Below, piece by piece: positions 27,942 through 38,246 of a DNA stretch of 64,000 nucleotides. Location: assembly GCA_030647355.1 (NCBI GenBank), contig JAUSIS010000004.1:4066-68065 (forward strand), in the 5' to 3' direction. Position numbers and translations under genes: made by a program. The number at the start of each line of letters is the position of its first letter. Position 1 is the stretch's first letter. This DNA comes from a bacterium (GTDB taxonomy: Bacteria; Patescibacteriota; UBA1384; VFKW01). Below the pieces are notes generated by a model, which was not told where the DNA came from, did no database searches, and saw only the letters and a list, made by a program, of their open reading frames with translations.

Positions 27942-28211
27942 TTATTGCGCTTCAGTATCTTCTTTTACCTCAAAGGGTGGATACTTTGGTGGCTCGCCGG
28001 GTGGCAACAGAGTATCTCTAACCAAGGAGTCCTGAGGAGTAAATAAGTCTTGGCAACGCTTAAGTGCTTGCTCGGATAGTTCATCTGTCAGATCTTCGGA
28101 TTTCGCGCCTTCTGGTAAAATACCAAGAGCTTGAGCTACTTCTAGGCGCTCTCTTTGAAACTTAGCCGCCCCTTCCAAAGCAATAACTTCTAATTTTTTT
28201 TCTTCTTCCAT
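27942..28211 (-). CDS. Hypothetical acidic protein between grpE and dnaK
   Basis: 89-aa ORF in the chaperone operon. Confidence 0.35.
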   Translation of the reverse strand: MEEEKKLEVIALEGAAKFQRERLEVAQALGILPEGAKSEDLTDELSEQALKRCQDLFTPQDSLVRDTLLPPGEPPKYPPFEVKEDTEAQ

Positions 28212-28244
28212 TTATTCTCCTTTACATAAATAATAGCATATTAT

Positions 28245-28790
28245 TCACTTTCCGCTAGAGACGCGGACTTTGGCGCAACGGACGACTTTGTCATTCAGTT
28301 TGTAGCCGCCTTCCAGTTCATCAATAACAGTGCCCTCTTCCAGTTCCGGGTGGGGCTCGTAGGCGATTGCCTCCATAGTATGCGGATCAAATTGTTTGCC
28401 GATTGTCTCAATATGGGTCAAGCCAGCGGAACTTAGCACCCCTTCCAGCTGTTTCTCGATTTGACGGATACCATCAAAATAAGCACTAATTTTACGCAGT
28501 TCATCTTCGGAAAGCTCGGGAACATTTTTGTCTGAAATTTGAATGGCCGGTGCGTGTTCGGAGGCACGGCGAAAGTTGTCTAAGATCGGGAATATCTCGG
28601 CAACCAGTCCATTTGTCGCCAAATGCGATGCTTGAGCGTGCTCGGTTTCTTTCCTTTTCCGATAATTATCAAAATCAGCTGCCAAGCGTTTGCATGATTC
28701 TGCCAGCTCGGCATTTTCTTTTTCCAGCAGTTTTATTTTTTCATTAATCATTTCAGGCTTATTGACGTCGCTTTTTGGTTTTTTGACCAT
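28245..28790 (-). CDS. grpE: Nucleotide exchange factor GrpE
   Basis: C-terminal FDPHTMEAI...GYKLNDKVVRCAKVRV matches GrpE. Start at MVKKPKSD (28790) is preceded by AGGAG. Confidence 0.8.
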   Translation of the reverse strand: MVKKPKSDVNKPEMINEKIKLLEKENAELAESCKRLAADFDNYRKRKETEHAQASHLATNGLVAEIFPILDNFRRASEHAPAIQISDKNVPELSEDELRKISAYFDGIRQIEKQLEGVLSSAGLTHIETIGKQFDPHTMEAIAYEPHPELEEGTVIDELEGGYKLNDKVVRCAKVRVSSGK

Positions 28791-28827
28791 TTTCGGCTCC
28801 TTCTCTTCCTTATGGTAGAATAATAAC

Positions 28828-30006
28828 ATGAGCCAGTCAAGGTTATTAATATATATGTGCCTGTCATTTGCCATGGGTATTGCGGGTGAAAATTGGATTG
28901 CCGTTAATCTGAAAATCATCGGGTTGGTAGTTTTGTTTTTATTTATGATCGGAGTTTTTCTAACGAGAGAAATAAAAATACGGCTGATTATTTTGTTTTG
29001 GGTAATTTTCTATTTGGGAATCGTCTATAGTAATTATCTAGCAGATGGTAGTTTGATCGGATCGGTTTTTTTGGCGCCAATAGTTGTCAGGTTAGGAGAT
29101 TTGCGAGAGTTAATCGAAAATTTATGCGCCCGTCTAATTAGTGAACCTTATGCTTCGCTTCTAAATGGAATATTGCTAGGGACTAAGAGCGGATTCGGTC
29201 CTGATTTATATCAGGCATTCAAGATAACCGGTTTAATGCATATTGTGGCAATCAGCGGATACAATGTGACAATAATCGTTAATTCTTTCTTTGTTTTAGC
29301 CAAGCCGCTTGCTTTACGACTACGGATGGGCTTAACTTTGGGTTTAATAATTTTATTTATTATATTGACCGGCGGTTCGGCTTCCGTTATAAGGGCGGGC
29401 ATTATGGGCGGGTTAGTAGTGGCGGCTCGCCTTTTCGGACGCAAGGCATTAGCCCTGAATTCATTAATATTGGCGGGATTTTTAATGGTAGCAGAGAGAC
29501 CGTATATTCTAGTCCATGATATTGGATTCCAGCTTTCAGTTGCCGCTACTTTGGGTTTAGTACTTTTCAGTCCAATTTTGAAAAGAGTAGGGGAGAGGGG
29601 AGTTGTAAAATTGTTGCCGGAGACTTTCCGGGAAGCGCTTTTTTCCACTCTCGCCGCTCAAGTGATGACAGCGCCTATTATCTTTTATTATTTTAAAAAT
29701 CTATCTTTGGTCTCCCCTATCGCCAATTTGCTGATTTTACCGATTATTCCCCTAGCAATGTCCATTGGCTTTATGGTAATTCTGGCCGGACTTTTATACT
29801 TTCCAATCGGTTATGTGCTCGGATTTGGAGCCTGGTTAATTTTGTATGTTATTGTATGGGTGGTAGAAAAATTAGCCCTAATCCCCTATGCCAGCATGAA
29901 TACACCGGCATGGATGATGTCGTTAATAATTCCGTATTATATTTGGCTAGCTTATCTAATCTGGAGTCAGCCGAAACAAGGAGTTTTGTCTAATGAAAAA
30001 ACTTAA
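28828..30006 (+). CDS. comEC: ComEC/Rec2 DNA internalisation channel, competence (membrane) domain only
   Basis: LLGTKSGFGPDLYQAFKITGLMHIVAISGYNVTII is the competence-domain signature. Polytopic membrane protein. Confidence 0.75.
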   Translation: MSQSRLLIYMCLSFAMGIAGENWIAVNLKIIGLVVLFLFMIGVFLTREIKIRLIILFWVIFYLGIVYSNYLADGSLIGSVFLAPIVVRLGDLRELIENLCARLISEPYASLLNGILLGTKSGFGPDLYQAFKITGLMHIVAISGYNVTIIVNSFFVLAKPLALRLRMGLTLGLIILFIILTGGSASVIRAGIMGGLVVAARLFGRKALALNSLILAGFLMVAERPYILVHDIGFQLSVAATLGLVLFSPILKRVGERGVVKLLPETFREALFSTLAAQVMTAPIIFYYFKNLSLVSPIANLLILPIIPLAMSIGFMVILAGLLYFPIGYVLGFGAWLILYVIVWVVEKLALIPYASMNTPAWMMSLIIPYYIWLAYLIWSQPKQGVLSNEKT

Positions 30007-30832
30007 CTTATGGTTGGCGTTGATAATTATCGCCGGAGTTGTCTGGGCGGGAGTTGTTAAGCATCCGGCACCGGATTTTCGGATGTATTTTTTGAATGTC
30101 GGGCAGGGTGATGCGACCTATCTATCGTTTCCTGACGGCCAAGATGCGCTCGTTGATGGAGGACCGGGAGATCGAGTTCTGACCGAGTTGGGACAAGTGA
30201 TGCCATTTTGGGATAAAGATCTGGATTTAGTAGTCGTGACGCATAATCACAGCGATCATATATCCGGTTTGGTTGGGGTTTTGAAAAGGTATCAAGTAAA
30301 TGAGATTTGGTTGAGCGGGGCAATTCACACAAGTAATCAATATTTAGAAATGCTAAGACTAATTAAAAATAAAAAAATCCCCGTGAAGATAGTTGAGGAA
30401 GGTGAGGAGAAGTATTTTGATCAGGTGAAGGTAAGGGTTGTTTATCCGGATGAAAATTGGCAAGGGAGAAAACCGGAAGATCAGCACGAAGCAACTGTGG
30501 TAACGAGGTGGACTTATGGAAAGTTTGCTTTACTTTTGACTGGCGATTTAGGGACGGCACAAATTGAACGCATAACGAGTTCCCGAGAAATAATCAAAGC
30601 GGATATTTTGAAAGTGCCGCACCATGGGAGCGCAACCGGGTTAAATAAGGAGTTTCTGGAGAAAATAAGCCCTAAAGCGGCAGTAATATCGGTAGGTAAG
30701 AATAATTCATTTGGACACCCAAAGCAATCAATTTTGAATTTGCTGAAACATTATTATATTAAGACTTATCGAACTGACCAAAATGGACGAGTGGAATTTG
30801 AAAGCGATGGTAGCGGCTTTAATAAGATTTAA
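29993..30832 (+). CDS. Metallo-beta-lactamase-fold protein with N-terminal TM helix, equivalent to the ComEC C-terminal MBL domain encoded as a separate gene
   Basis: VVTHNHSDHISG (HxHxDH) and KVPHHGS motifs. Start overlaps the comEC stop. Confidence 0.7.
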   Translation: MKKLNLWLALIIIAGVVWAGVVKHPAPDFRMYFLNVGQGDATYLSFPDGQDALVDGGPGDRVLTELGQVMPFWDKDLDLVVVTHNHSDHISGLVGVLKRYQVNEIWLSGAIHTSNQYLEMLRLIKNKKIPVKIVEEGEEKYFDQVKVRVVYPDENWQGRKPEDQHEATVVTRWTYGKFALLLTGDLGTAQIERITSSREIIKADILKVPHHGSATGLNKEFLEKISPKAAVISVGKNNSFGHPKQSILNLLKHYYIKTYRTDQNGRVEFESDGSGFNKI

Positions 30833-30860
30833 ATGAAAATAGCGGCGGAAAATCCGCCGC

Positions 30861-31556
30861 TTAACTGGTATTCCAGAGTACTTTGGCGAGCGATAATAGG
30901 TCTTCATATCGCTCGGCTGGATAGTCGCGAGGGACCCCTGGCCAGCCAGTCAGTACTTCACAGTACCGGATGCCAGCAGCCTTGGCTGCCTGGGCGTCAT
31001 ACGGTGCATCGCCTACATAGATGGCCTCTTCTGGCTTGACTCCCAACTGATCGCAGGCATAAAGTAGTCCGTCGGGAGCCGGTTTTTTCGGCAGTTTCAG
31101 CTCGGGAAGTTTGAAGATTCTGCTAAAGTACCCACCAATGTGATCCACTATCACATGATCCATCGGTTCGGCACGGTTGGTAACGATAGCAAGATGGCCG
31201 ATGCCAGGGCCGCCTACTGTCCACCAAAGCCTTCGCAGAGCTTCAACTGTCCCGGGCAGCAATCCCGCCCGGAGATTGGCTTGTGAGTATAGCTCGCACC
31301 ACATCAGAGTGGCCTCGTTTACGGTTAAGCCAATCCTTCTTCCGGAGTACTGCTCGTAACTGGGAATCAGGTGGAAGAATAAATCCTCTACCGAAAAGGC
31401 ATGTATGTCGTAGCTCTTGAGGAGCCGATCTAGACAGCCCTTATCATCACCAACTCGTTGACGCCAGATCTCATTGATAACCAGGCGATGGGCATGCAAT
31501 ACATCAAATAGCACGCCGTCATAGTCTAGGAGAATCACCTTGATCTTAGTTGTCAA
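30861..31556 (-). CDS. HAD-superfamily hydrolase (subfamily IA, phosphatase-like)
   Basis: ILLDYDGVLFD (DxDG motif I) and GDAPYDAQAA (motif IV-like). Confidence 0.6.
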   Translation of the reverse strand: MTTKIKVILLDYDGVLFDVLHAHRLVINEIWRQRVGDDKGCLDRLLKSYDIHAFSVEDLFFHLIPSYEQYSGRRIGLTVNEATLMWCELYSQANLRAGLLPGTVEALRRLWWTVGGPGIGHLAIVTNRAEPMDHVIVDHIGGYFSRIFKLPELKLPKKPAPDGLLYACDQLGVKPEEAIYVGDAPYDAQAAKAAGIRYCEVLTGWPGVPRDYPAERYEDLLSLAKVLWNTS

Positions 31557-31679
31557 AGACCTGTTCCATCCTTTCGCCCGTATTAGATATCAGAAAACTT
31601 GTGCTAATATAACAGATTTTGGCCCTTTTGTCAAGGAGAGGGATATGGTATAATCGGCGGGAATACGGAAGGAGAAGAG

Positions 31680-32429
31680 ATGTCAGGACATAGCAAGTGG
31701 TCTACGATAAAAAGACAAAAAGGCGTAGCAGATGCGAAGCGAAGCAGTGTTTTTACCAAATTAGCCAATACCATATCGGTAGCCGCCCGGCAGGGCGGCG
31801 GCGATATGACAATGAATTTTTCCTTGCGACTCGCCATTGATAAAGCCAAACAGTCAAATATGCCAAAAGAAAATATTGAACGAGCAGTTAAAAGAGGCAC
31901 CGGTGAACTAGAAGGAGCCAGGATTGAGGAGGTTATGTATGAGGCATATGGACCGGGAGGAACCGGTATTTTGGTGGAGGCGGCAACCGATAACCGCAAC
32001 CGGACTTCGGCGGAAGTTAAAGTGATCTTTAATAAATTTGGGGGCAAATTAGCCGAGCCGGGAGCAGTAAGTTATCAATTTAAAAAAAGGGGGGTACTGA
32101 ATTTTCTATTAAACGACAAGGATGCAGATGAAGTAGAATTGGCGGCAATAGAAGCAGGCGCAGAGGATTTCGAGCAGCATGGTAAGGAACTAATCGTTTA
32201 TTCTGAGCCAAGAGAAATTGATAAAGTTAGGGCAGCGATGATAGGGGCTGGTTTTGAACCGGCGGAGGTAAGTTTGTCTTGGGAACCATCAGCGATGATT
32301 AAGATAGAAGACGAGAAGATGGCGGGTAGCATTTTAATATTAATGAATGCACTTGAGGAGTTGGAAGATATAACAAGCGTCTCGAGTAATTTTGATATTC
32401 CAGATCAATTGATGGAAAAGTTAGTTTAA
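31680..32429 (+). CDS. yebC: YebC/PmpR-family transcriptional regulatory protein
   Basis: MSGHSKWSTIKRQKGVADAKRSSVFTKL is the canonical YebC N-terminus. Confidence 0.85.
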   Translation: MSGHSKWSTIKRQKGVADAKRSSVFTKLANTISVAARQGGGDMTMNFSLRLAIDKAKQSNMPKENIERAVKRGTGELEGARIEEVMYEAYGPGGTGILVEAATDNRNRTSAEVKVIFNKFGGKLAEPGAVSYQFKKRGVLNFLLNDKDADEVELAAIEAGAEDFEQHGKELIVYSEPREIDKVRAAMIGAGFEPAEVSLSWEPSAMIKIEDEKMAGSILILMNALEELEDITSVSSNFDIPDQLMEKLV

Positions 32430-32443
32430 AAGAAGGAGCGGGC

Positions 32444-32932
32444 GTGAGAATATTAGGGATCGACCCGGGGACTGGACGAATGGGTTTTGGGGTGGTTGAT
32501 TTTGATCGGCAGAAAGCTCATTTGGTTAAATATGGATGTATTTCCACGCCCGCACATACAGCAATTTCAGATCGATTGGTTATTATTTTCACAGAAATTA
32601 AGCAAATAATTGATAAATTTAAGCCCGATGTAATCGCAGTTGAGAAGTTGTTTTTTGCTAAAAATGTTACAACCGTAATGAGTGTTGGTGAGGCAATGGG
32701 CGTTGTTATATTGTTGGCGGCTTTAGCTAAAGTTCCAATAGTAGAATTTACGCCTTTGCAGGTAAAGCAGGCGCTGACAGGTTATGGGCGAGCAGAAAAG
32801 GGTCAAATACAAAAAATGGTTCAGGTAATTCTAAATATGGAAGAGCTGCCTCGGCCTGATGATGCGGCTGACGCGCTGGCGATTGCGATTACATGCTCGA
32901 GTAGTGCGCGAAGTCATTCACCTATTAAATAA
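32444..32932 (+). CDS. ruvC: Holliday junction resolvase RuvC
   Basis: MRILGIDPGTGRMGFGVV, plus conserved acidic residues. Confidence 0.85.
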   Translation: MRILGIDPGTGRMGFGVVDFDRQKAHLVKYGCISTPAHTAISDRLVIIFTEIKQIIDKFKPDVIAVEKLFFAKNVTTVMSVGEAMGVVILLAALAKVPIVEFTPLQVKQALTGYGRAEKGQIQKMVQVILNMEELPRPDDAADALAIAITCSSSARSHSPIK

Positions 32933-33666
32933 ACCGATTCCTTGGGCCGAGGCGTATTTTCAATTTCACTTGTAATATATTTAATTAGATTTTTTCCGAA
33001 ATCTTGGTCTATGATTTTTCCAAGGCTGCTAGGAAATATATTTTTGGAATCCGGATTATCGTATTTGTAAGGAAAAATACGCAGGGCTTTAAAGTCGTAT
33101 CTTACCGCTTCCTTTAAGACAGCCGGGTCGTCGTCAATAATAAGGCTATAACCTAAAAGTTTAATGTTTTTGGGTATGCGATAGATAGAACGACCTGTCG
33201 AGGGATCTATATTATCTTGAGAGGTCTTAAGTAAATCCTGATAATATTTTTCATCTACCTTCTTAATATAATCTTGTTCGGACTTAAGTACGAATTTGAA
33301 ACTGTAACTTTCTGCCGGAATAATCAGATTAAAATATTGTTCAAATTCAGGATACTTATTAAGTGTCTGCTGTATAGAGTCTCTGTCTGCAGCGCTCCAC
33401 ACCACTAAACGGTAACCCAAATCTTTCAACGATCCCAAGACTTGTTTGAGAGAATGGCGAAGAAAGGTTTGGTGATTTTTTATATCCCAACCACGCATAG
33501 TTTCATCTAAATCGAAGACGATTGTTTTAATAGAAAGGTGATTTTCTTGAGTAATAAAATCTTCCCTGAAGATTGAGCCATCAATAAATTTCTTGGAATA
33601 TTCAATCCGATCGGCTAGATTGAGCGGATCGATGTATTTATCTTTGGGAGTAAAATCTTTAGACAT
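32914..33666 (-). CDS. HAD-family NIF/FCP1-like phosphatase
   Basis: IVFDLDETM (DxDxT) motif typical of NLI-interacting-factor-like phosphatases. Confidence 0.5.
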   Translation of the reverse strand: MSKDFTPKDKYIDPLNLADRIEYSKKFIDGSIFREDFITQENHLSIKTIVFDLDETMRGWDIKNHQTFLRHSLKQVLGSLKDLGYRLVVWSAADRDSIQQTLNKYPEFEQYFNLIIPAESYSFKFVLKSEQDYIKKVDEKYYQDLLKTSQDNIDPSTGRSIYRIPKNIKLLGYSLIIDDDPAVLKEAVRYDFKALRIFPYKYDNPDSKNIFPSSLGKIIDQDFGKNLIKYITSEIENTPRPKESVYLIGE

Positions 33667-34681
33667 AATCAGTTAGCTTTCCGCCTTCGAGGGCTATTTG
33701 ATAGTTTTTGCGGCAAATCTCTAAGTTATTTTGGTATATCTCCCTTTGTTTAGATCGGATTGAGAGATTCTGGGATAAAGGATACCAAATCATAGATATT
33801 TCTTCAAGTATACGACAGAGTAAACTTAAGCGAAAGAGCTCGGGAAAGAATTCGTTTTGCCTCGTTTTTTGATAAAATTTCTGGAGTAAAAATTTTCTTT
33901 CCTCTGGACGCTCTAGCATGCGCATCCAGAGAGTGGTTAAATCCCAAGCGCAATTATCAATATGGAGAGTCTCCCAGTCAATGGCGATGGCGTGATCATT
34001 AATAATGATATTAGCGGGATGAAAATCACCATGGGTAAAAAGTGTACATGAGCCATCCAGTAGATCTTTAGAGTCCAAAATTATCTCATCGGCCTTTTCC
34101 ATAAGTTCTTCACCAAGAATTTCTTTCAGAATACGGGATTTTTTGTTTTTGAAGCGATGAAAAATCATGTGATATTTATCAAAATCCATCCATATCAGAT
34201 TTTTTGTCCAGTGATGAGATTTACAAAAGTCCTCTATGGGGAAAGACTGGATTTTAATTAATAGATTGATGATTTGATTGATTTCTTCTTTTTGCGGCGT
34301 ATCATAAATTATATTGCTTGAGCCAACGGTTTTTTTGTTGATATATTCACACATCAACCACTCGCAACCTTGCATTTGTGATTTAATATATACTGGAAGG
34401 CACTCAACTAATGGATTTTTGGGATCAGTCTTCTCTAATGTCCTTAGAAGACGTCTTTCGTTTTTGAAGTTTTTATTCCATTGCTTCAAAACCCGATGGT
34501 CAGCTATACGGGCTTTAAATAAAATTTTACTACCTTGAAATTTAGAAACCGTTAGATAGAAATTTTGTTTTCCTAAAATAGCACCTTCAACCGAATTTGA
34601 CGAGTGAAGATTATATTTCTCTATCACCTTGTTTATTTTTTTATCAATATCTTTGAGTGGCTTGTACTCATATTTGGGCAC
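33659..34681 (-). CDS. Aminoglycoside/choline-kinase-like phosphotransferase (APH fold)
   Basis: FTHGDFHPANIIIN...IDWET (HGDxxxxN...D) catalytic and Mg-binding motifs. Confidence 0.6.
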   Translation of the reverse strand: MPKYEYKPLKDIDKKINKVIEKYNLHSSNSVEGAILGKQNFYLTVSKFQGSKILFKARIADHRVLKQWNKNFKNERRLLRTLEKTDPKNPLVECLPVYIKSQMQGCEWLMCEYINKKTVGSSNIIYDTPQKEEINQIINLLIKIQSFPIEDFCKSHHWTKNLIWMDFDKYHMIFHRFKNKKSRILKEILGEELMEKADEIILDSKDLLDGSCTLFTHGDFHPANIIINDHAIAIDWETLHIDNCAWDLTTLWMRMLERPEERKFLLQKFYQKTRQNEFFPELFRLSLLCRILEEISMIWYPLSQNLSIRSKQREIYQNNLEICRKNYQIALEGGKLTDYV

Positions 34682-34841
34682 TTTGCCTCCTGAGCAGGTT
34701 AAAATAAAAAAACATCAGATACTAAAGCTTATGGAGCAAACGATGTTTTAATTAATTGACTTTCTAGTGTGTTTGAGCTATAATATTTGTATATTTTGGA
34801 TAATCCATTTGACTAACAAATCATAATATAATTTTTCTCTT

Positions 34842-36074
34842 TTGAAAAGGCCGGAAATGACAGAACATTCCTTAGGTATTAAATTAGCCGAGCAAGAGCG
34901 AGTTGTTCGAGTGATATATATAGGCAGTTATATTCCTCGAGAATGTGGGATAGCAACGTATACAAAAGATCTCACTACAGCTATTAACGTGCTTAACCCT
35001 CTTTGTTTATCTGAGATAATGGCTATTGATGAAAATGGTAATGATAGGAATTATCCTTGGGAAGTTAAATATAAGATCAGGCAAGACGACCTCGATTGCT
35101 ATACGAAAGCGGCTGAATATATTAATCAGTCCAGTGCCGATGTAGTCCATATTCAACATGAATTTGGAATTTTCGGGGGTAAGCATGGTGAATATATAAT
35201 TCCTTTCATGCAAGCAATTACCAAACCTATCATCACAACACTCCATACTGTTTTGGATCAGCCAGATGAGCATCGAAAAAAATTAATCCAAGAAATCGCT
35301 GAGCTTAGTACAGTAACAATCGTGATGATCAAAGCGGCGTCAGATCGATTGAATGAGGTGTATGGAATTGCGAAAGAAAAGATTGTCGTGATACCACATG
35401 GGGTACCAGATATTCCGTATGGTCCAACATTGCACTATAAAAAAGAGTTGGGCTATCAGGAAAATATGATCCTCTCGACATTCGGTTTGATTAACCCTGG
35501 CAAAGGCATTGAATATGTACTTGAGGCACTACCAGAAGTCGTCAAGAAGTTTTCTAAACTGAAATTTTTAATAATCGGCGCTACTCACCCGGTATTAGTA
35601 AAACGAGAGGGTGAAAAATACAGAGAGAAATTACAAGAGCTCGCTACTCGGCTTGGTTTGAATAAAAACGTGGAGTTTATAAACAGATACTTATCATTAG
35701 ACGAAGTGGTTCAATACCTTAGGGCAACAGATATATATATATCTCCATATCTGCAAAGCGAGCAAATTGCTTCGGGAACACTAGCATATGCACTAGGGGC
35801 AGGCAGAGCATGCATCTCGACAGAATATCTTTATGCAAAAGAGGTTTTGGCAGATGGACGAGGGATCTTAGTTCCTTTTAGAGATCCGCAAGCTATGACA
35901 GAAAAAATAACCGAGCTTACTGAGTCAGCCGAGAAACGTAATGAAATCGAAAAGAAAGCTTATAGTTATGGTCGAACGATGATTTGGTCAAATGTTGCCT
36001 TAAAGCACCTAAATCTTTTCTGGCTGATTGCGCGCGATAATAAGGCAGGAAGTGAAAATGGCGACCAAAGTTAA
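34842..36074 (+). CDS. Glycosyltransferase family 4 (GT-B, group 1)
   Basis: Typical GT4 N-terminal VIYIGSYIPRECGIATYTKDL and C-terminal E-x7-E-like region. Confidence 0.6.
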   Translation: MKRPEMTEHSLGIKLAEQERVVRVIYIGSYIPRECGIATYTKDLTTAINVLNPLCLSEIMAIDENGNDRNYPWEVKYKIRQDDLDCYTKAAEYINQSSADVVHIQHEFGIFGGKHGEYIIPFMQAITKPIITTLHTVLDQPDEHRKKLIQEIAELSTVTIVMIKAASDRLNEVYGIAKEKIVVIPHGVPDIPYGPTLHYKKELGYQENMILSTFGLINPGKGIEYVLEALPEVVKKFSKLKFLIIGATHPVLVKREGEKYREKLQELATRLGLNKNVEFINRYLSLDEVVQYLRATDIYISPYLQSEQIASGTLAYALGAGRACISTEYLYAKEVLADGRGILVPFRDPQAMTEKITELTESAEKRNEIEKKAYSYGRTMIWSNVALKHLNLFWLIARDNKAGSENGDQS

Positions 36075-37107
36075 CTTACGTGAAGCACCCTCCCTAAAGC
36101 ATCTGCAGGCACTAACAACTCGCAAGGGATTATATCAACATTGCCGGTTTAACGAGCCCGATAAGAAATTCGGTTACTCAATTGATGACAATGCTAGAGC
36201 CATCTTAGTTGCTTATCAATACTATGAACGATTTAGAAATCCTGAAGTTTTAGATATGGCGCAAATCTATTTGAATTATATATCACGAGCGCAAACTCCA
36301 TCTGGATTCTTTCATAATTTTGCCAGTTCATCGGGAAAATTTATTGATGTGCTGGGTTCGCAAGATTCGCAAGGGAGAACGATTTGGGCATTAGGGTATA
36401 TAATCAGCAGACAGAATGTCAACCCGGAGCTAGCTAAGAAAGCATTAAAAATATTGGGCAACTTCCGATTCGATTTGCGAATGGCTCGCCATGATCGAAC
36501 GAAAGCATTTGCATTGCTTGGATATTGTTATATCGGTGATAGGGAAAAAGTTAAAAGAATTGCCGATAAATTGGTAGAAAAATTTAAGTCACAAGAAACT
36601 AATAGCTGGAATTGGTTTGAAGATTATTTAACCTATTCGAACGCTATTTTACCTTATTCGCTTTTGATGGCTTTCGAATTATCGGGCATAGAGACTTATA
36701 AAAAGGTTGCACTTAAGAGTCTGAAGTTTTTACATCAAAAATGCATTGTCAAAGGAATTCCTGCGCCTATTGGTCAAGACGGTTGGTATAGGAAAGGAAA
36801 GAAGAAAGCAATCTACGATCAGCAAGTTGTAGATGTGGCGGATATGATTTTGGCACATACAAAGGCATTTGAGTTGACAGGAGAGCAAGTATATTTACAT
36901 TGGGCTCAAATGTGGTGGTCGTGGTTTGGTGGGAATAACTTAAATGACATGTCGCTGATCGATCCCGAGACGCATGGTTGTTATGATGGATTGACTCATA
37001 ATGGTATTAATTTAAACCAAGGCGCTGAATCAATCGTCTGTTATTTGCTCTCTTATCTAGCAATGTCAAAAGTTAATACAAATCTCGAAATCCAAACCTC
37101 AAAATAA
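36058..37107 (+). CDS. Hypothetical protein, possibly six-hairpin (alpha/alpha-barrel) glycosidase-like
   Basis: ORF in the glycan cluster with repeated helical W/Y-rich segments. No specific family recognised. Confidence 0.35.
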   Translation: MATKVNLREAPSLKHLQALTTRKGLYQHCRFNEPDKKFGYSIDDNARAILVAYQYYERFRNPEVLDMAQIYLNYISRAQTPSGFFHNFASSSGKFIDVLGSQDSQGRTIWALGYIISRQNVNPELAKKALKILGNFRFDLRMARHDRTKAFALLGYCYIGDREKVKRIADKLVEKFKSQETNSWNWFEDYLTYSNAILPYSLLMAFELSGIETYKKVALKSLKFLHQKCIVKGIPAPIGQDGWYRKGKKKAIYDQQVVDVADMILAHTKAFELTGEQVYLHWAQMWWSWFGGNNLNDMSLIDPETHGCYDGLTHNGINLNQGAESIVCYLLSYLAMSKVNTNLEIQTSK

Positions 37108-37221
37108 CAATGAAAAATTAAAATCTAAATTCTAATCTAATAAATACAAATAACAAAAAATTCAGAATTTTGTTTCTATCAAATGGAGTGGTAAGATTAG
37201 GGTAAATTCATGGGAGGATGA

Positions 37222-38202
37222 GTGAAAAAATATAAAATTGGTGTAATCGGACATGGTGGATTTGGGCGATTCTGTATCCAGAACTATAAAAAAATGGAAC
37301 AAGTTGAAATAGCAGCAGTGGCAGGGAAAGATGCGAGTGAGGTAGAGAAATTTGCCATAGAATTTGAGATTCCTTTCTGGACAGCCGATTACAAAGATAT
37401 TTTAAAGCAAAAGAATATAGATATAGTGGCTATTTTTACTCCACCATTTCTTCACTTTGAGATGGCTTGTGAGTGTGCAAGAGCGGGCAAGGCATTTCTG
37501 GTTGAAAAACCGTTGGCATTATCTCTTAAGGAGGCAGGCACTATAATTGAACTGGCTAAGCAACATAATGTACCAGCGACGATTGGTTATGTAATGCGTT
37601 ACTCATCTATTTACAGTAGAGTCAGGGAAATAATGAGAAGCGGAAAATTGGGCCGATTAAAGAGACTGCTGTTCGAAAACTATGCTAGCGGAGCGTTGCC
37701 AGATAGCCATTGGCTATTTGATCAAAATAAAAGCGGGGGCTTACTTGTGGAGCATGGTGTTCATTTTTTTGATATTTTTGGCTCAATTGTCGGAGAAAAC
37801 CCTCTGCAGGCAAAATCCTATACTCCATCACCACGCGAAACATTAGCAGTTATCGAATACCCTAATAAAATTATTGCCACTTTTTATCACTGCTTTGATA
37901 AGATCCCCTTACTTGAGAGAAATTATGCTCGTTTAGTATTTGAGAAAGGTTATATCGAGATCGAGGGATGGATACCGATGGCTTTAAAGTGGGAGCATGA
38001 AGATGAATCCGGTCAGATTGTGGTAAAGGAAGAAAAAATCCAAACGGAAAAAAATGAGGAATATGGAAAATTGGTTAGAGAAGTCTTAGCCGATCTATTA
38101 GAAAAAGTGGAAAATCCTTCTCATCAGACGAAAGTAACGCTAAAGGACGGTTTTGATAGTCTCGCGCTGGCAATAGAAGCGCGAGATCATCAAGTATTCT
38201 AA
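37222..38202 (+). CDS. Gfo/Idh/MocA-family NAD(P)-dependent oxidoreductase
   Basis: GTG start after GGGAGGA. KIGVIGHGGFGRFCIQNY Rossmann motif. Confidence 0.7.
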   Translation: MKKYKIGVIGHGGFGRFCIQNYKKMEQVEIAAVAGKDASEVEKFAIEFEIPFWTADYKDILKQKNIDIVAIFTPPFLHFEMACECARAGKAFLVEKPLALSLKEAGTIIELAKQHNVPATIGYVMRYSSIYSRVREIMRSGKLGRLKRLLFENYASGALPDSHWLFDQNKSGGLLVEHGVHFFDIFGSIVGENPLQAKSYTPSPRETLAVIEYPNKIIATFYHCFDKIPLLERNYARLVFEKGYIEIEGWIPMALKWEHEDESGQIVVKEEKIQTEKNEEYGKLVREVLADLLEKVENPSHQTKVTLKDGFDSLALAIEARDHQVF

Positions 38203-38246
38203 TTCATCCGGAATTATATTAAGATAGTAGTGGACGGGAGGGGCTA

